NCBI RefSeq assembly: GCF_039654945.1 | Contig: NW_027361807.1 | Coordinates: 496,001 to 560,000, forward strand | Source of the DNA: Dendrobates tinctorius | Lineage: Eukaryota | Length of the DNA stretch: 64,000 bases | Direction: 5' to 3' | Shown here: positions 50,458-63,660 of the stretch, one piece after another | Layout of the letters: each line of letters begins with the position of its first letter | How positions within the stretch are numbered: the stretch's first letter is position 1 | Notes under the pieces: generated by a model | What the model was told of the DNA's origin: nothing | The model's input: the letters and a program-made list of their open reading frames with translations, nothing else | Databases searched by the model: none | Made by a program: the position numbers and the translations under genes

Positions 50458-52896
50458 CCCCTTCGCACCCGAGCCTGTTTTTGCCTTAGTGACCGGGCCA
50501 ATTTTTTCAATTCTGACCAGTATCATAACTCTACAACGCTTCAACGGATCCTACTGATTCTGACATTGTCTTCTCGTGCCATATTGTACTTCATGATGGT
50601 GGTAAAATTTCTTAGATATGAACTGCGCTTATTTGTTAAAAAAATCGAAATTTGGCGAAAATGTAGAAAATTTTGCAATTTTCAAACTTTTAATTTTTAT
50701 GCCCTTAAATCAGAGAGTGATATCGCACAAAATAGTTAAGAAATAACATTTCCCACATGTCTAGTTTACATCTGCACAATTTTGGAAGCATAATTTTTTT
50801 TTTTTAGGAAGTTATAAGGGTTAAAATTTGACCAGCGGATTTCTCATTTTTACAACAAAATTTACAACACCATTTTTTTGGGGACCACTTCACATTTGAA
50901 GTGAGTTTGGGGGGTCAATATGACAGAAAATACCCAAAAGTGACACCATTCTAAAAACTTCACCTCTCAATGTACTCAAAACCACATTCAAGAAGTTTAT
51001 TAACCCTTCAGGTACTTCACATGAATGAATGGAATGTGGAAGGAAAAAATAAACATTTAACTTTTTTCACAAACATTTTACTTCAGAACCATTTTTTTTT
51101 ATTTTCACAAGTGTAAAAAGAGAAAATGAACCACAAAATTTTTTGTGCAATTTCTCCCGAATACGCCAATACCCCGTATGTGGGGCTAAACCACTGTTTG
51201 AGCACACGGCAGAGCTCAGAACGGAAGGAGTGCCGTTTGACTTTTTCAATGCAGAATTGGCAGGAATTGAGATCAGGTGCCATGTCGCATTTGGAGAGCC
51301 CCTGATGTACCTAAACAGTGGAAACCCCCCACAAGTGACCCCATTTTGGAAACTAGACCCCTTAAAGAACTTATCTAGATGTGTTGTGAACACTTTGAAC
51401 CCCAAAGTGCTTCACAGAAATTTATAACGTAGAGCCATGAAAATGAAAAATCATTTTTTTTCCACAAAATGACATTTTAGCCCCCAATTTTTGTTTTCAC
51501 AAGGGTAACAGGAGAAATTGGACCCCAAAAGTTGTTGTCCAATTTGTCCTGAATACGCTGATACCCCATATGTGGAAGAAAACTACTGTTTGGGCACACG
51601 GTGGGGCTCAGAAGGGAAGTAGTGACGTTCTGGAATGCAGACTTTGATGGAATGGTCAGCGGGTGTCATGTCGCGTTTGCAGAGCCCCTGATGTACCTAA
51701 ACAGTGGAAACCCCCCACAAATGACCCCATTTTGGAAACTAGACCCCCCAAGGAAGTTATCTAGATGTGTGGTGAGCACTTTGAACCCCAAGTGTTTCAC
51801 TAAAGTTTATAATGTAGAGCCGTGAAAATAAAAAAAATCATTTTTTTTCCACAAAAATGATCTTTTAGCCCCCAATTTTTATTTTCACAAGGGTAACAGG
51901 AGATATTGGACCCTAAGAGTTGTTGTCCAATTTGTCCTGAGTACGCTGGTATCCCATATGTGGGAGAAAACTACTGTTTGGGTACACGTCGGGGCTCTGA
52001 AGGGAAGTAGTGACGTTCTGAAATGCAGATTTTGATGGAATGGTCTGCGGGCGTCATGTTGCGTTTACAGAGCCCCTGATGTACCTAAACAGTGGAAACC
52101 CCCAATTCTAATTCCAACCCTAACCCCAACACACCCCTAACCCTAATCCCAACCCTAACCATAACCCTAACCACAAACCTAACACCAACACATCCATAAC
52201 CCTAATCCCAGCCCTAGCCCTAGCTCTAAGCCTAGCCCTAACCCTAGCCCTAACTCTAACCCTAGCCCTAACCTGCGTGCCTGCTTTTTTTTTCTTTACT
52301 TTTTTTTTCTTTTTTTGACAAGATCGCTGCCCTGCGATCTGACTCATAGTAACGCCACTTCTCCTCTGATCTCACACTGACAGATGATCAGAGGAGAAGC
52401 AGCGTTACTATTTGACAAGATCGCTGCCTGGCACATAGTAACGCGACTTCTCCTCTGATCTCACACTGACAGATGATCAGAGGAGAAGCAGCGTTACTGT
52501 GTGACAAGATCGCTGCCTGGCACAGCTGTGCCAGGCAGCGATCAGCTGTGCCAGGCAGCGATCTAGTCACACAGTAACGCTGCTTCACCTCTGATCATCT
52601 GTCAGTGTGAGATCAGAGGAGAAGTCGCATTACAATGAGTGAGATCGCCGGGAAACAAGCAGCTTTCCCAGCGAGCGCTCTCATTGGCTGCTGTGACGCT
52701 GACGTCATCAGGACCTGAACCAATCAGGTCTCGATGATGTCGGGGGTCCCAGCATGCATTGTGCACCGGGATCCCCACGTTATAAGGTATGTGGGGGTCC
52801 CGGGGGGCACAAAACTGCCGACAGTAGATAAACGTCGGCGCTGCACAAAGCCCAGCAAGCGCCAACGTTTATCTACTGTGGGCGGTCGGGAAGCGG
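50458..52896. mobile_element. Non-autonomous TTAA-specific (piggyBac-like) DNA element with internal ~387-bp repeats, a telomere-like tract and a palindrome
   Basis: TTAA-CCCCTTCGC ... GGGAAGCGG-TTAA; landmark AGAGCCCCTGATGTACCTAAACAGTGG at 51295, 51681 and 52069; no transposase ORF. Confidence 0.8.
52101..52273 (+). repeat. Degenerate telomere-like (CCCTAA)n tract
   Basis: CCCTAA/CCCTAG hexamer run. Confidence 0.85.
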
Positions 52897-54885
52897 TTAA
52901 TGCATAGGTCTGTGTCATGAATTGGCAGTAAAATGTAGATCTGCTCTGACCAATTTCTTCCCTAATACTTAGTGCTTGCAGAAGAAAACAAGAAACAGTT
53001 TATCACTTGTAACTAAGAAGGTTTTAAATTGGGCTGCCCAGTGCCCACCTTACGGATAATTTTTTATTTGTAGTCTTTTTTTACTTAAATGTATGTATTT
53101 TGGGCTAACAACATTTTTGTAACTGGGCTCCATTAAAAATTTTGCACCGTGTGCCTTCTAGAGCCTTTGTGTTGCACTGTCTATTGCTGGATGTGGAATG
53201 GGTTAACTTAGAATCTGTCTGTCAGCCCACTATGACAGACTGATAAGGAATCTGTAAGTCTTTTATCTGTCTTTTTGTGGTCTCCTCTCAGTGATTTATA
53301 ACCACATCAAAGTTGAAGGTGTAAGAAAAAAAAAGAGCCTGTACCATTCAAACCATGCAAAAGTGTTAACGAAACTCGATTGCAAAAATTATTTTTAGCT
53401 TCAAATACATGTATGTAAGTATAAATTAACTGACCTCAAAAGTGGACAATCCCTTTAAATAAAACACAACCACATAGTGTATCCTATTATAAACATAAGT
53501 ACATGAACTTCTGTGCATAAGCTCTAAAGAGAAAAGGTGATAAACCCAAGGCATTCAGTGGGACAGACCAATTATCTGATGTGTACTGGGGCCTCTCGAT
53601 CCCGTCAAACATCATGTTTCGGGTTTGTTAAATTTTAATGTCCAATCCTTTTGTGTTTGGAAGTGACTTACTCCCTTCTCCTCATTGAACCCATATACAT
53701 GGAGTAGTAAAAGGAAGCAGCTTTTGAACAACAGCTATTTAAGTTATATGATCATCTTAAGGGGTTATCCATTATCTAGCTATAGATGTCTATTAACTTC
53801 AGGAGCTAAACTGCAGTACCAGAAAACGGCTTCTACACCATGTACAGAGCAATGCTCTTCCAATTTCGTGAACTGTTTACAATGAGCCAGAAATGCAAAT
53901 TCCTTCCCGTCTAACCTAAGGATGGGTCATCAATATCTACTTAATGGACAACCGATTTTAGCCAAATAAAAAGAGGGCAGTAGAGTACTCTACTGACTTG
54001 AGCTTTGCCCAAGATCTCATGATATGTTACTAAAAACAGTTTACCTTCATTATCTCAGCAGATATCAACTAAACTGCTGTCATTGGCAAGTCCAACACCA
54101 AGAAGAACACGGATCTGCAGGCATATACAAATCACCATGCCATCCATTGGTGAGTAGTCATTTACAAAGTAACAAAAGCAGCACATAATCACTCTACCTT
54201 GAGGACACCGTAAGACCAGAGGAAGCTGAAATACCACATCCCATTTACCTGTTTCCCTAATGGCACTTGATTAATGATGAATGTTGCAAATGCATATACA
54301 CATAGCAACCATATGGAGAAAGTTCACCATTCGCACAAGAGTATTGGCAACAAAGCTAACCATTTTCAGTGGGATCAGACTCTTCCCCGACAGTAAGAAG
54401 GATTTGGTAGTTGGATTTTAACTGGTCGGTTTGTTTTCAGTGGAGATAAGATGCCTCCAGAGCTGTCTAGCAGTGGCCAACTCTCCATTCCTCTGTGAAA
54501 ACACTTGCACTCTCTCCCAAACCAAGCGTGTTTGTGTATAGGGGAGTGAGTCAAGAGAAATAGCTGTTAGTTCAGAGTTCAGTTAATCTCCATGTAAAGT
54601 ATATACCTAGCTTAAAGTGTACCTGCTGTTTCAGATCTTACAGCAGGATGTCTGCATCTGCCTATAGTTCCTCACTCTTCCTTTCCCCACCTTTTTACAT
54701 CGAATTGTTTGTGCACCAACTGTCATTTCCTATCTAAGTACTTAGAAAGTCTGCATTGACTGGATGCAGATTTTATCCTTGAATTGAGACTGAAAGATCA
54801 ATCCGGGAGGTAAAAGAAGTCAATGGTTAATCTTTAAGGCAAAGTTGAACCATTGGCACTAAAAACCTTACATATAACTATAACA

Positions 54886-55570
54886 TAGCAAATCAAATTA
54901 GCAAACTGTATCAATTCACACCAGTGAAGGAGGGTAAGCAAGGTAAACTCTTTAAATACAAAAATACATTTTTATTAATGAATACACATAATAACAGTAA
55001 GTTTAAAAACCAATAGCAACGGTGCCTCACAATGTGGGGGAAGGCCTGACAAAAAAGCCCATGTAAGCCAGCCAAATAATAGAAAAATAGCAAGGTAAAT
55101 ACAATAAATATTATGAAATAAGCCCAGTGCAAACTCTCTGCATATTAATAGACAGAATACAAGTAAAAAAAGGCAAAGCCCTAAAGAAAGGTATATGCTG
55201 CCCCCTGAGGAAGTGTTGTCAAAACGCGCGTTGAGGTTGGAGAATGCCTGTCAAGTTCCTGACCTTTGCTTTGCACTTTATACTAGAGGTAATGTAACAT
55301 AATTTCTTATTCCCTACTGCCGTGCTTCATTTCTCCTACATGCACTTTACCTAGTGATATTTGTTGGCTACCCTTACGCACTTTGCACCTTATATTTTTG
55401 CCACTGCCTGTATGTAATACTGGGATATAAATCTCTAGTAGCAGCATACACCTTTCTTTAGTGCTTTGCCTTTTTTTTTAAATAAAAATGATTTTTATAT
55501 TTAAAGTGATTACCTTGCTTACCTGCCTTCACTGGTGTGAATTGGTATGGTTTGCTAATTTGATTTGCTA
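54886..55570. mobile_element. Second, older fold-back insert with nested inverted repeats and a hammerhead-like motif in the loop
   Basis: A 54886-54976 / A' 55481-55570; B 55165-55201 / B' 55441-55477; the arms are diverged. Confidence 0.75.
55201..55236 (+). ncRNA. Degenerate minimal hammerhead-like motif
   Basis: CCCC-CUGAGGA-AGUGUUGUC-AAAA-CGCGCG-UU-GAGG. Canonical CUGANGA and palindromic ACGCGCGU; GAAA>AAAA is consistent with CpG decay; stem II degraded. Confidence 0.6.
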
Positions 55571-55629
55571 GTCTCTAATAGAGACACTATATATTATGCT
55601 ATGGTTCATACATTTATGATTTAATATAG

Positions 55630-57370
55630 TTTCATAGGTTGAAAAAAGACCTAAGGTGAACCTTTCTCCACCACTTATACATTTTGTAACTAGTTTAACT
55701 ATAACCCACAATGTGTGTTGTGCTGAGAAAATCATCCAGCCCTTTTTTAAAAGCTGTTATAGTGTTTGCTATCACTACCTCTTGTGGTCGGCATTCCACA
55801 TTCTGACTGCACTAGCTGTAAAGAACCTTTTACTATTTTGCTGCCAGAATTGCCTTTCCTCCACCTGTAATGAGTGCTTTGTATGGTCTTTGGAATGAAT
55901 AAGTCTGTATAGGTCTTTTGTGTTGATCACACATACAGTATATTTAGGCATCTTTTTTCTGAGCTAAACAAGCCCAACTTTTCCAAACTCTCCTCATATG
56001 AGAGGCCTTCCATCCCTCGTAATAATCTAGTTGCACGTCTTTGAATTCAAACTTATGAATATCTTTTTTAAAATGTGGGGCCCAAAACCAATCCCATATG
56101 TGGCTTCATCAGTGATTTTTAAAGGGGTAACAATACATTGTGACCACGTTATTATATCTCACTATTTTTACACCTTAAAATCTTGTTTGCTTTTGCGGCT
56201 GCTGCTTGACATTAAGTACTGCTGCTCAGCTTACTTGTAACTAGAATACCCAAGTCCTTATCCTGTTCTGTAGTCCTGGGTAAACTCCTGTTTAATGTAT
56301 ATGCAGCAATAGGATTACTCCATCCTAGGTGCATTACCCTGCATTTATCTACATTAAATCTCATTTGCCAAGTGGCTTCCCATTCAGACATCTTATCCAG
56401 ATTGTTTTGCAATATTTTAATTTCAAGGTCAGATTTTAATATCCTACATAGTTTGGTGTCATCAGCAGAGACTGACACTTTACTTTCAATCCCATCCATA
56501 AGGTCATTAATAAAGAGGTTAAAAAGAATCGGTCCTAGCACAGATTACTGCGGTACCCCATTGCTGACTATACCCCATTTAGAGAACGTACCATTTATGA
56601 CGATTCTTTGATTTCTGTCATTTAGCAAACTCCTTACCCATATGCATATAGTTTCCTCCAGTCCTTGCTTCTGTAGCATCAGTATAAGGCCGGGGTCGCA
56701 CTGCTGCCGGCACTCGGGACCGGAGTGTGCAGCTGCATGTATTTCTATGCAGCCACACACTACGGTCCGTGTGCCAGCAGCAGTGCAGGGTAATGATGTG
56801 AGAGACTAGCGCGAGTTTCTCGCATCACACCCACAAGTGTGACCCCAGCCTATGGTTGTTATGTGGTACAGTATCAAATGCCTTTGCAAAGTCCAGATAA
56901 ATCACATCAGCTGCATTGCTAACATCCAAATTTGCACTTACCTCCTCATAGAAACCCAACATATTAGTTAGACACAACCTATCTTTCATGAATCCATTCT
57001 GGCTGTCATTTATTATATTATCTACAATAGATTTCTGCAGGTCATCTCTTATAATTCCCTCAAACATATTTCACACTACTGATGTCAGGCTTACCAGACG
57101 GTAGTTGCCTGGCACCACCTTCTTACCTTTCTTAAATATCGGTACATTAGCCAGCCTCCAATCCTGTGTCACCACCCCTGTTACAAGAGAGTCTAAGAAT
57201 GTAAGATACAGTGTTCTGTCAATTACTGAGCTTAATTCCCTCACTATCCATGGATGAATGCCATCTGGGCCGGGGGATTTGTCAATGTTTAATTTGCTCA
57301 GATGCAAGCATACTTCTTCATGTGTTAAAATATACTGCTTTACTGGATTTATAGAAAATGTTATCATTTA
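55630..57370 (-). mobile_element. Older CR1 LINE fragment (RT pseudogene), interrupted by a MITE
   Basis: KSPGPDGIHP, NYRLVSLTS, YLDFAKAFDTVPH, GVPQ*, SADDTKL, QMRFNVDKC on the minus strand. Confidence 0.93.
56688..56850. mobile_element. Short palindromic Harbinger-type MITE inside CR1
   Basis: GGCCGGGGTCGCAC / GTGTGACCCCAGCC; centre GCTGCATGTATTTCTATGCAGC shared with the 63360 element. Confidence 0.8.
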
Positions 57371-59044
57371 AGTTATGTCAGGTAATGCTGAAGATGTGTC
57401 AGACTTACAATGAGATTTCAATGTATGTTCTAACTGGAAATTATTGTCATTAAAGGTATAGTCTGGTATCTTCCTGTCTGTTGGCTCTTTCACATCTACT
57501 TGGTAATAATCTGCATTAGAGAAATGGATCTTACACAGGATAGTCCTGGCAATTCAGGTAATCTTGAACAGAATTATTACAATTATTGTAATTTAATATT
57601 GAAATTTGGGTAGTGTTTTTAACTGAAAAACCTCATAGACTATAAGTACTACTACCCTTACTACTACTGCTACTTTGTGCAAATGACCCATATTCTTAGA
57701 TGAGTGCTGTCCATTATTTTCACGGATAGAAACACACCCCCATGTTACTCTATGGTGCTGTGCATTTGTACAACTTATTCCTGGGACGGGTCCACGTAAA
57801 TTTAAGTGCCGTTCGATTTTCATGCACTGACATAATGGAGAAGGTAGAGTAACTTTTTTCTAACCACCTCTGAAAAAAACTGATGCCAATCTGATCAAAC
57901 TGTGATCAAAATTTAATCAGAATAAGTGGACAAATGTTCTCAAATGTGAAGACATCCTTGAAATGAATCTACTCTAATAATATTATAAATACCATGACCC
58001 TCCTTAATATAAACCAATATGTTTCTAATGTAACCTGGGCTGCCACCAGGAATTTCAGAGCCTCATACTGGCAAAATAGTCGGGCCCAAATGAGACTCTG
58101 CCCAGGCTCTACCCCAGCTCCGCCTCCACCCATCAAATCTTCCACAGTCCCAACCACCTACTTTTGGAAAAACTCAACTTCTGCATTACATCCTCACCAA
58201 TCGCACATTATCAGTTCCCATCGAACAACATATCACATACATAGCCAGCAGCTTCTATTTTGGCCAAAAGATTTTTTAAACCTGCCGTCACAACAAGATT
58301 CTTTTGGCCGGGCCCTTCTCTACTCTAAGCCATTAAAATTTACCTAAAATATCCAATACCGTTTTAGGTTTTAGGTATATTTTTATTTATTTTTCTTTAA
58401 GGGAATGTGTCACATACATTTTTTAAAATGACTAATAATACCACAAACAAGGGACAAATACCATCACACCATAGCTGCACCATATATTACCATCACATAG
58501 TGACCGAATAATACCACATACAAGGAGCAAATACTGCAACACCATGGCCAGACCACATATTACCACCACATAGTAACTGAATACTACAATACTGATCATT
58601 TATGAAAAAACAACAATACTAATATTACCATAAGTGCCATAATACACAGGAGCTCTGTACATAATATACAGTGTATAGTGTCAGTGTATAGGTAACAAAC
58701 TGACTCACCAGTGATGTCTCTAGTTGAATCCCTTCATCTTCACTTTTCTTCTTCATCCCACACAAACCACCATCACTTCTTCCAGGCAGTGCTCAACGCT
58801 GCAGAAAATAACATTCAGTTATCTAGAGCACCGCTTCCAGAGCACATTCCCCACTTTTTCCCCAACTTCTACACTACTCCTGATGAAGAAAAAAGTGATA
58901 TAGTGCTGCCCTGCACAGTAACATTAAAAACAGTATCCTCAAAAAATAAAATACGTCACAGCACTAATATCACATAATTAGCCACTACAGTAATAATATT
59001 CCACATCCTGGCTCCTTACTGTAATAATATTTCATCCAGCCCCC

Positions 59045-59390
59045 AATTTGTCTAATTCCTGGCCCCCATGTGTCTCTTTCCTGGCCCCCATGTGTTTCAT
59101 GCCTGACCCACATGTGTCTTATTTATGTCCACCATGTGTCTCATTTCTGACCCCCATGTGTCTCATTCCTGACCCCCCATGTGTCTCATTCCTGGACCCC
59201 ACGTGTCTGTTTCCTGGTCCCTATGTGCCTTATTCCTGACACCCATAAATCTCATTCTAGGACCCCATGAATTTCATTCCTGGACCCATGTGTCTCATTT
59301 CTGACCCTCATGTCTCTCATTTCTGGTCTCCATGTGTCTCATTTCTGGCCCCAATGTGTCACATTTCTGGTCCCCACTTGTCTCATTCCT
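59045..59390. repeat. ~21-bp minisatellite (ATGTGTCTCATTCCTGGCCCC)
   Basis: The unit recurs roughly 15 times. Confidence 0.9.
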
Positions 59391-60509
59391 GAAAAAAGTT
59401 TCTTCTTACCTGGCCCTAATCCAGTGGGTCCTCTTCCTTCTTGATATGCTGCGCGTACGTGCCAGCACATGGCAGTGATATACGCCGGTGACATGTGCAT
59501 CGATGTCAGCTGCCAGCCTCTGATTGGTGGATGGCTGTTAACTAGTGGTATGCAGGAAGCCATCGGCAATATATTTCAACTGTCCAAGTCTAGGATTCGT
59601 TTACTCAGAAGAGAATAAGTACACTTCCAGAGGCAGGGGCTTTCTCTGTTCAAAGGAATTATCTCAGACGCTCTGGAACCAGTGGTCAGAGAGAAATATT
59701 GGGGTTTGCAATGATCCAATGTTTATGGGAGATATATTTTTGGCGCCATGGAAAAGTGATGAACATAACGCAATTACTCTCATCACCATAAGGCCAGTCT
59801 AACGCCTCCAACTTAATATTGAATAGAAATGTAAAATCGTGAGAGGAAACATGATAGCAATATACCCTGTCTGGGACTTCACGTCCAGGAGAAAAAATAT
59901 GTAAGTTGGGGATCTCATAATCTTCTAAAGACCTAGCACATCCCACGTCAAGCCCCCTATATGAACTCACCAAGGAAAGATATGTGGGTGTAACCTTGAG
60001 CTAATAAAAATCAAAGTTTGGATTTTTGTTATTTATCAGTACTGAAAAGCACAGTGCTCTGTGGGTCTGTCCTTTGCTTTAAGGAGTGCTTCCCTCCGCT
60101 AAGCTCTGAGCCATTTCTGTGACACAGGTTCAGCACTTTTTCTTTTGTTATTCCTTGGATCGCATGAGATTGCATACATTGTTTTTTTCCCATTTTGTAA
60201 AATCTGTTTATAATTTTTTTTAAAAAACACTGCCTACTTTTGCGGATTAAATATATAAAATTTAATCGGTCCTTTCCTCTTCCTCTGTAAATCACATCCC
60301 TGAAGCCATACGCAACATGTAAATACTATATGTTCGCTGTGAGCTCCCTAATATCCAGCCTAGTAGTGAAAGCAGCCGTGGCCTTGTCCATCATTTGTCA
60401 GCTAATTGCGTAATTTTCTTGACAATTGCAGCGGGAGGAGTGCTAGTTCGTGAGCATCAGGCTATGGCAAGAGATACCTGCTGATTCTCCCAGCTGTTCC
60501 CTAACAAAT

Positions 60510-60528
60510 TTGTGACAAGCGGTGGGAT
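60510..60528 (+). other. Degenerate tRNA-Leu primer-binding site of a Gypsy element
   Basis: TTGTGACAAGCGGTGGGAT versus the tRNA-Leu complement TGGTGGCAGCGGTGGGAT, just after an LTR-like ...CCCTAACA end and upstream of gag remnants. Confidence 0.5.
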
Positions 60529-60576
60529 GCCACAGAATTAGTGATCTGGTTTGAGCAATCATTCCGGTCACTAAAA

Positions 60577-61315
60577 ACAAATTTCAAAAACTGACCGTCA
60601 CATCCAAGCATAAACATTGTGTGAACAGGTGCTTAACCTAGAGTCACCAACTCACATACATTCAAGCAAAAAAGGAAGCACACTGTAGCGCCATAACATG
60701 CAAATATGAAAATAGAAAAATAAATTGCATTACTGCATTAGAAATATGAAAAATTGAGAAAGTTTAGTGCATAAAATGGCCAAGTTATGTGTACCTGGAA
60801 GCCACGTTAAGGCATTTCTCATTTTCCAGGTCCCTGTCTATGCCAATCCTCACTAAGACTGAAGTCTCCATCTGAATGGGTCAGTTTTTGAAATTTGTAT
60901 TCCATTACTTTCTGACTGAGCACTCCACCTGTTAGCTGCAGGTGTTTTTAATCAAAGCAGGGCCACTTCCCCTCCACAAGACTTCAGTCTAAACAGAGGA
61001 TTTTTCATAGGTTCCCATTCAGATGGAGACTTCAGTCTTAGTGAGGATTGGCATAGACAGGGACCTGGAAAATGAGAAATGCCTTAACGTGGCTTCCAGG
61101 TAGATAACTTGGCCATTTTATGCACTAAACTTTCTCAAATTTTCATATTTCTAATGCAGTAATGCAATTTATTTTTCTATTTTCATATTTGCATGTTATG
61201 GCGCTACAGTGTGCTTCCTTTTTTGCTTGAATGTATATGAGTTGGTGACTCTAGGTTAAGCACCATTTCACACAATGTTTATGCTTGGATGTGACGGTCA
61301 GTTTTTGAAATTTGT
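60577..61315. mobile_element. ~300-bp-arm fold-back insert
   Basis: 60577-60880 is a near-perfect reverse complement of 61014-61315; 133-bp loop. Confidence 0.9.
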
Positions 61316-61319
61316 ACTC

Positions 61320-62090
61320 AACACAGCTACAGTGAGGTGGTGGATGGGCTCAGAACCAACTTCTAGCAGTGCATCCAGGGACTATCGATTACCACATTCA
61401 AGTACTTGAAGGACCTGATGGTGAAGGACTAATTTCTTTATCATTACCTTGTGGAGGTGCAACAGTTTTTGATGGACAGGGAGCCAAAGGAAGCTGCCAA
61501 AGCCACATATATCATAGATACCTATGAGGCCAACCGTACACCTGAGGTGCAGAAGTCAGCTGTCATCAGCTGGAAAGGGGGCAAGCCAACCCCAATACCC
61601 CTGCCAGATGATTCTCGGGTGTTTTGTCCCATCTTCCATCACTCGGCCTGCATCTGACTCCCACCGATGCTATACCTGCAACCGACCTGGATATATTAGC
61701 ATCACCTGCCCAGAGAGGCAGAAGAGTAACCCCACATCTGAGGCTCAGTGGTCTAATGTGGAAGTCCTTTTTATGTGTGGGTGGGATGGTTGTGAGGGCC
61801 CTTGAAAGCTTGCAACCGGTCACTGTGAGCTACACCATCACTGTGGGGCTCAAGGACACAATGGCAGAACAGATTTTAATCTGCCATGAATTTGTGTTCC
61901 CTGGAGAACTTATCCCTGGGAAGATGCTGACTGTCACTGAGTTTGGGATTGTTTGATGACTTTTACCCATGGCTCTGGTTTTCTTAGACTGGAGTGCTGG
62001 TAGGGGGTTAAGGGAAGTAGGGGTGTCCGAGAATCTCTCCATAAATCTTTTTTTCGGTCTGATCTGGGATGGTTGGTCCCTCAATATGTT
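61320..62090 (+). pseudogene. Gypsy (Gmr1-like) gag-protease remnant: SCAN-like capsid, CCHC knuckle, aspartic protease
   Basis: LKDLMVKD*FL...EVQQFLMDREP...A..IDTY (SCAN-like); RCYTCNRPGYISITCP (knuckle with H>Y); VTV...GLKDTMA...GVREVGV (protease-like). Confidence 0.75.
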
Positions 62091-63359
62091 CCTGACAACA
62101 CTCCCAGATCTGGCTTTTCATGTGAGTCAAATGTCGATAGCTTGAATGTGAATGTTATGCATGATGATAACGTGTTTTATTGTATAGGAGAACTAAGCCA
62201 TATCATGCTGTGGGATGACATTGCTGAGGATTCCCTAAAAGGAGCGAGCATCAGTGCTAAGGGCAATGGGAACAGGCATGGGGAACATGAAGTAGGTGGT
62301 CTCGTGCTGCTGGCCAGTGTCATGACGGACAGTGACATGTTCGGTATTAGCTGCCACATAATTAGCACTGCTCCTGAAATATTAGGGGAGGATGGGGACG
62401 GCACGGGAATTATAAATAAGGTGGTCACATGCACCTGACCAGTGTCATGATGGACTTTGAAATGGTCTTTGGCACTTGTCCCTTTATTAACACAGGTTTC
62501 TTCGCATCTTCGAATCTTCAGCGGTTAATCCACTTTTACAATGCTTGTAAAAAGTAACTGAAGGTGAAAACTACTTGCCCTTTGTGCTGTATGCATCTTT
62601 AGAAGATATCTTCGATGTAAAACATTTTGCAAATACTTATTACTATTATGATGATAATTGCAATATAGCCAAATGAGAGTTGGTGTAGATTGGTGACATT
62701 TTCAACAGAAATTAACAATACATAAAGATTGATGCTATATCGGTGCACATTATAAATGATCATTTATCTGTTCCCTCTTTTATATAGTTGTACAGTTCCT
62801 GTTAGCCATCTCCACAACAGCCATAGTTCTCTTCACTGCCTCCACCTTTTTGAAAAGGAAGCAAACTGTCGTGGATCCTAGCTCTGGTTGGACATATCAA
62901 AAACACCCCTCAATGAAATACATTGCTCAAGCCTTAAGAAGTCAGAAGTATCACCTTCAAGCCCTGGCAGCATTCATTCTGGTCAACAGCTACCTGCTCT
63001 TACAACTTAGTCAGCTGGCTCCAGTTTACCTGGGCAAGACAATGCGCAATGGTAAGCGACCTTCATCACTGTGCTTTTTGTCATAAATGTTGGCTTTACA
63101 GTGGAAGAGGAATAATTATAAACTTTGGAAAACAAAGCTAAAACAACAATATTATAAAATGCCAAAAGAAAAAAAACCTAATTGTCTCTTCAATGCCCTA
63201 CAACACAGCCACAGGAGCTTTGACAGTGTTCCTGGTCTTTGATTAGTATACTTGCATCAAAACTCAGTGATAGGAGTCATGAAGTGATGCTAGTAATACA
63301 GCACCTGACTGCTGAAGCCATTGATTGGCTGCAGTGGTCATCTACCAGCTGCTTTCTAA

Positions 63360-63556
63360 GGCCGAGGTCAGACATGCGAGAAACTCGGACAAGTCTCGCA
63401 TCTTAATACTCGGCACTGCCGCCGGCCCTCGGGGAGCGGAGCATGTGGCTGCATGTATTTCTATCCAGCCGAACGCTCCGCTCCCAAGTGCTGGCGGCAG
63501 TGCCTAGTATTAAGATGCGAGATCCGTCCGAGTTTCTCGCATGTCTGACCCCGGCC
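63360..63556. mobile_element. Palindromic Harbinger-type MITE
   Basis: GGCCGAGGTCAGACATGCGAGAAACTCGGAC / GTCCGAGTTTCTCGCATGTCTGACCCCGGCC. Confidence 0.88.
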
Positions 63557-63660
63557 AAACATAGACTGTAAGGATCGAAGGATTTTCTGCACTAGAAGAG
63601 ATTGGAGAGGTGGGCAGTACTTTTTTGCTGCTGTTTTTGCTTTCTGCTACAAATGTCATA

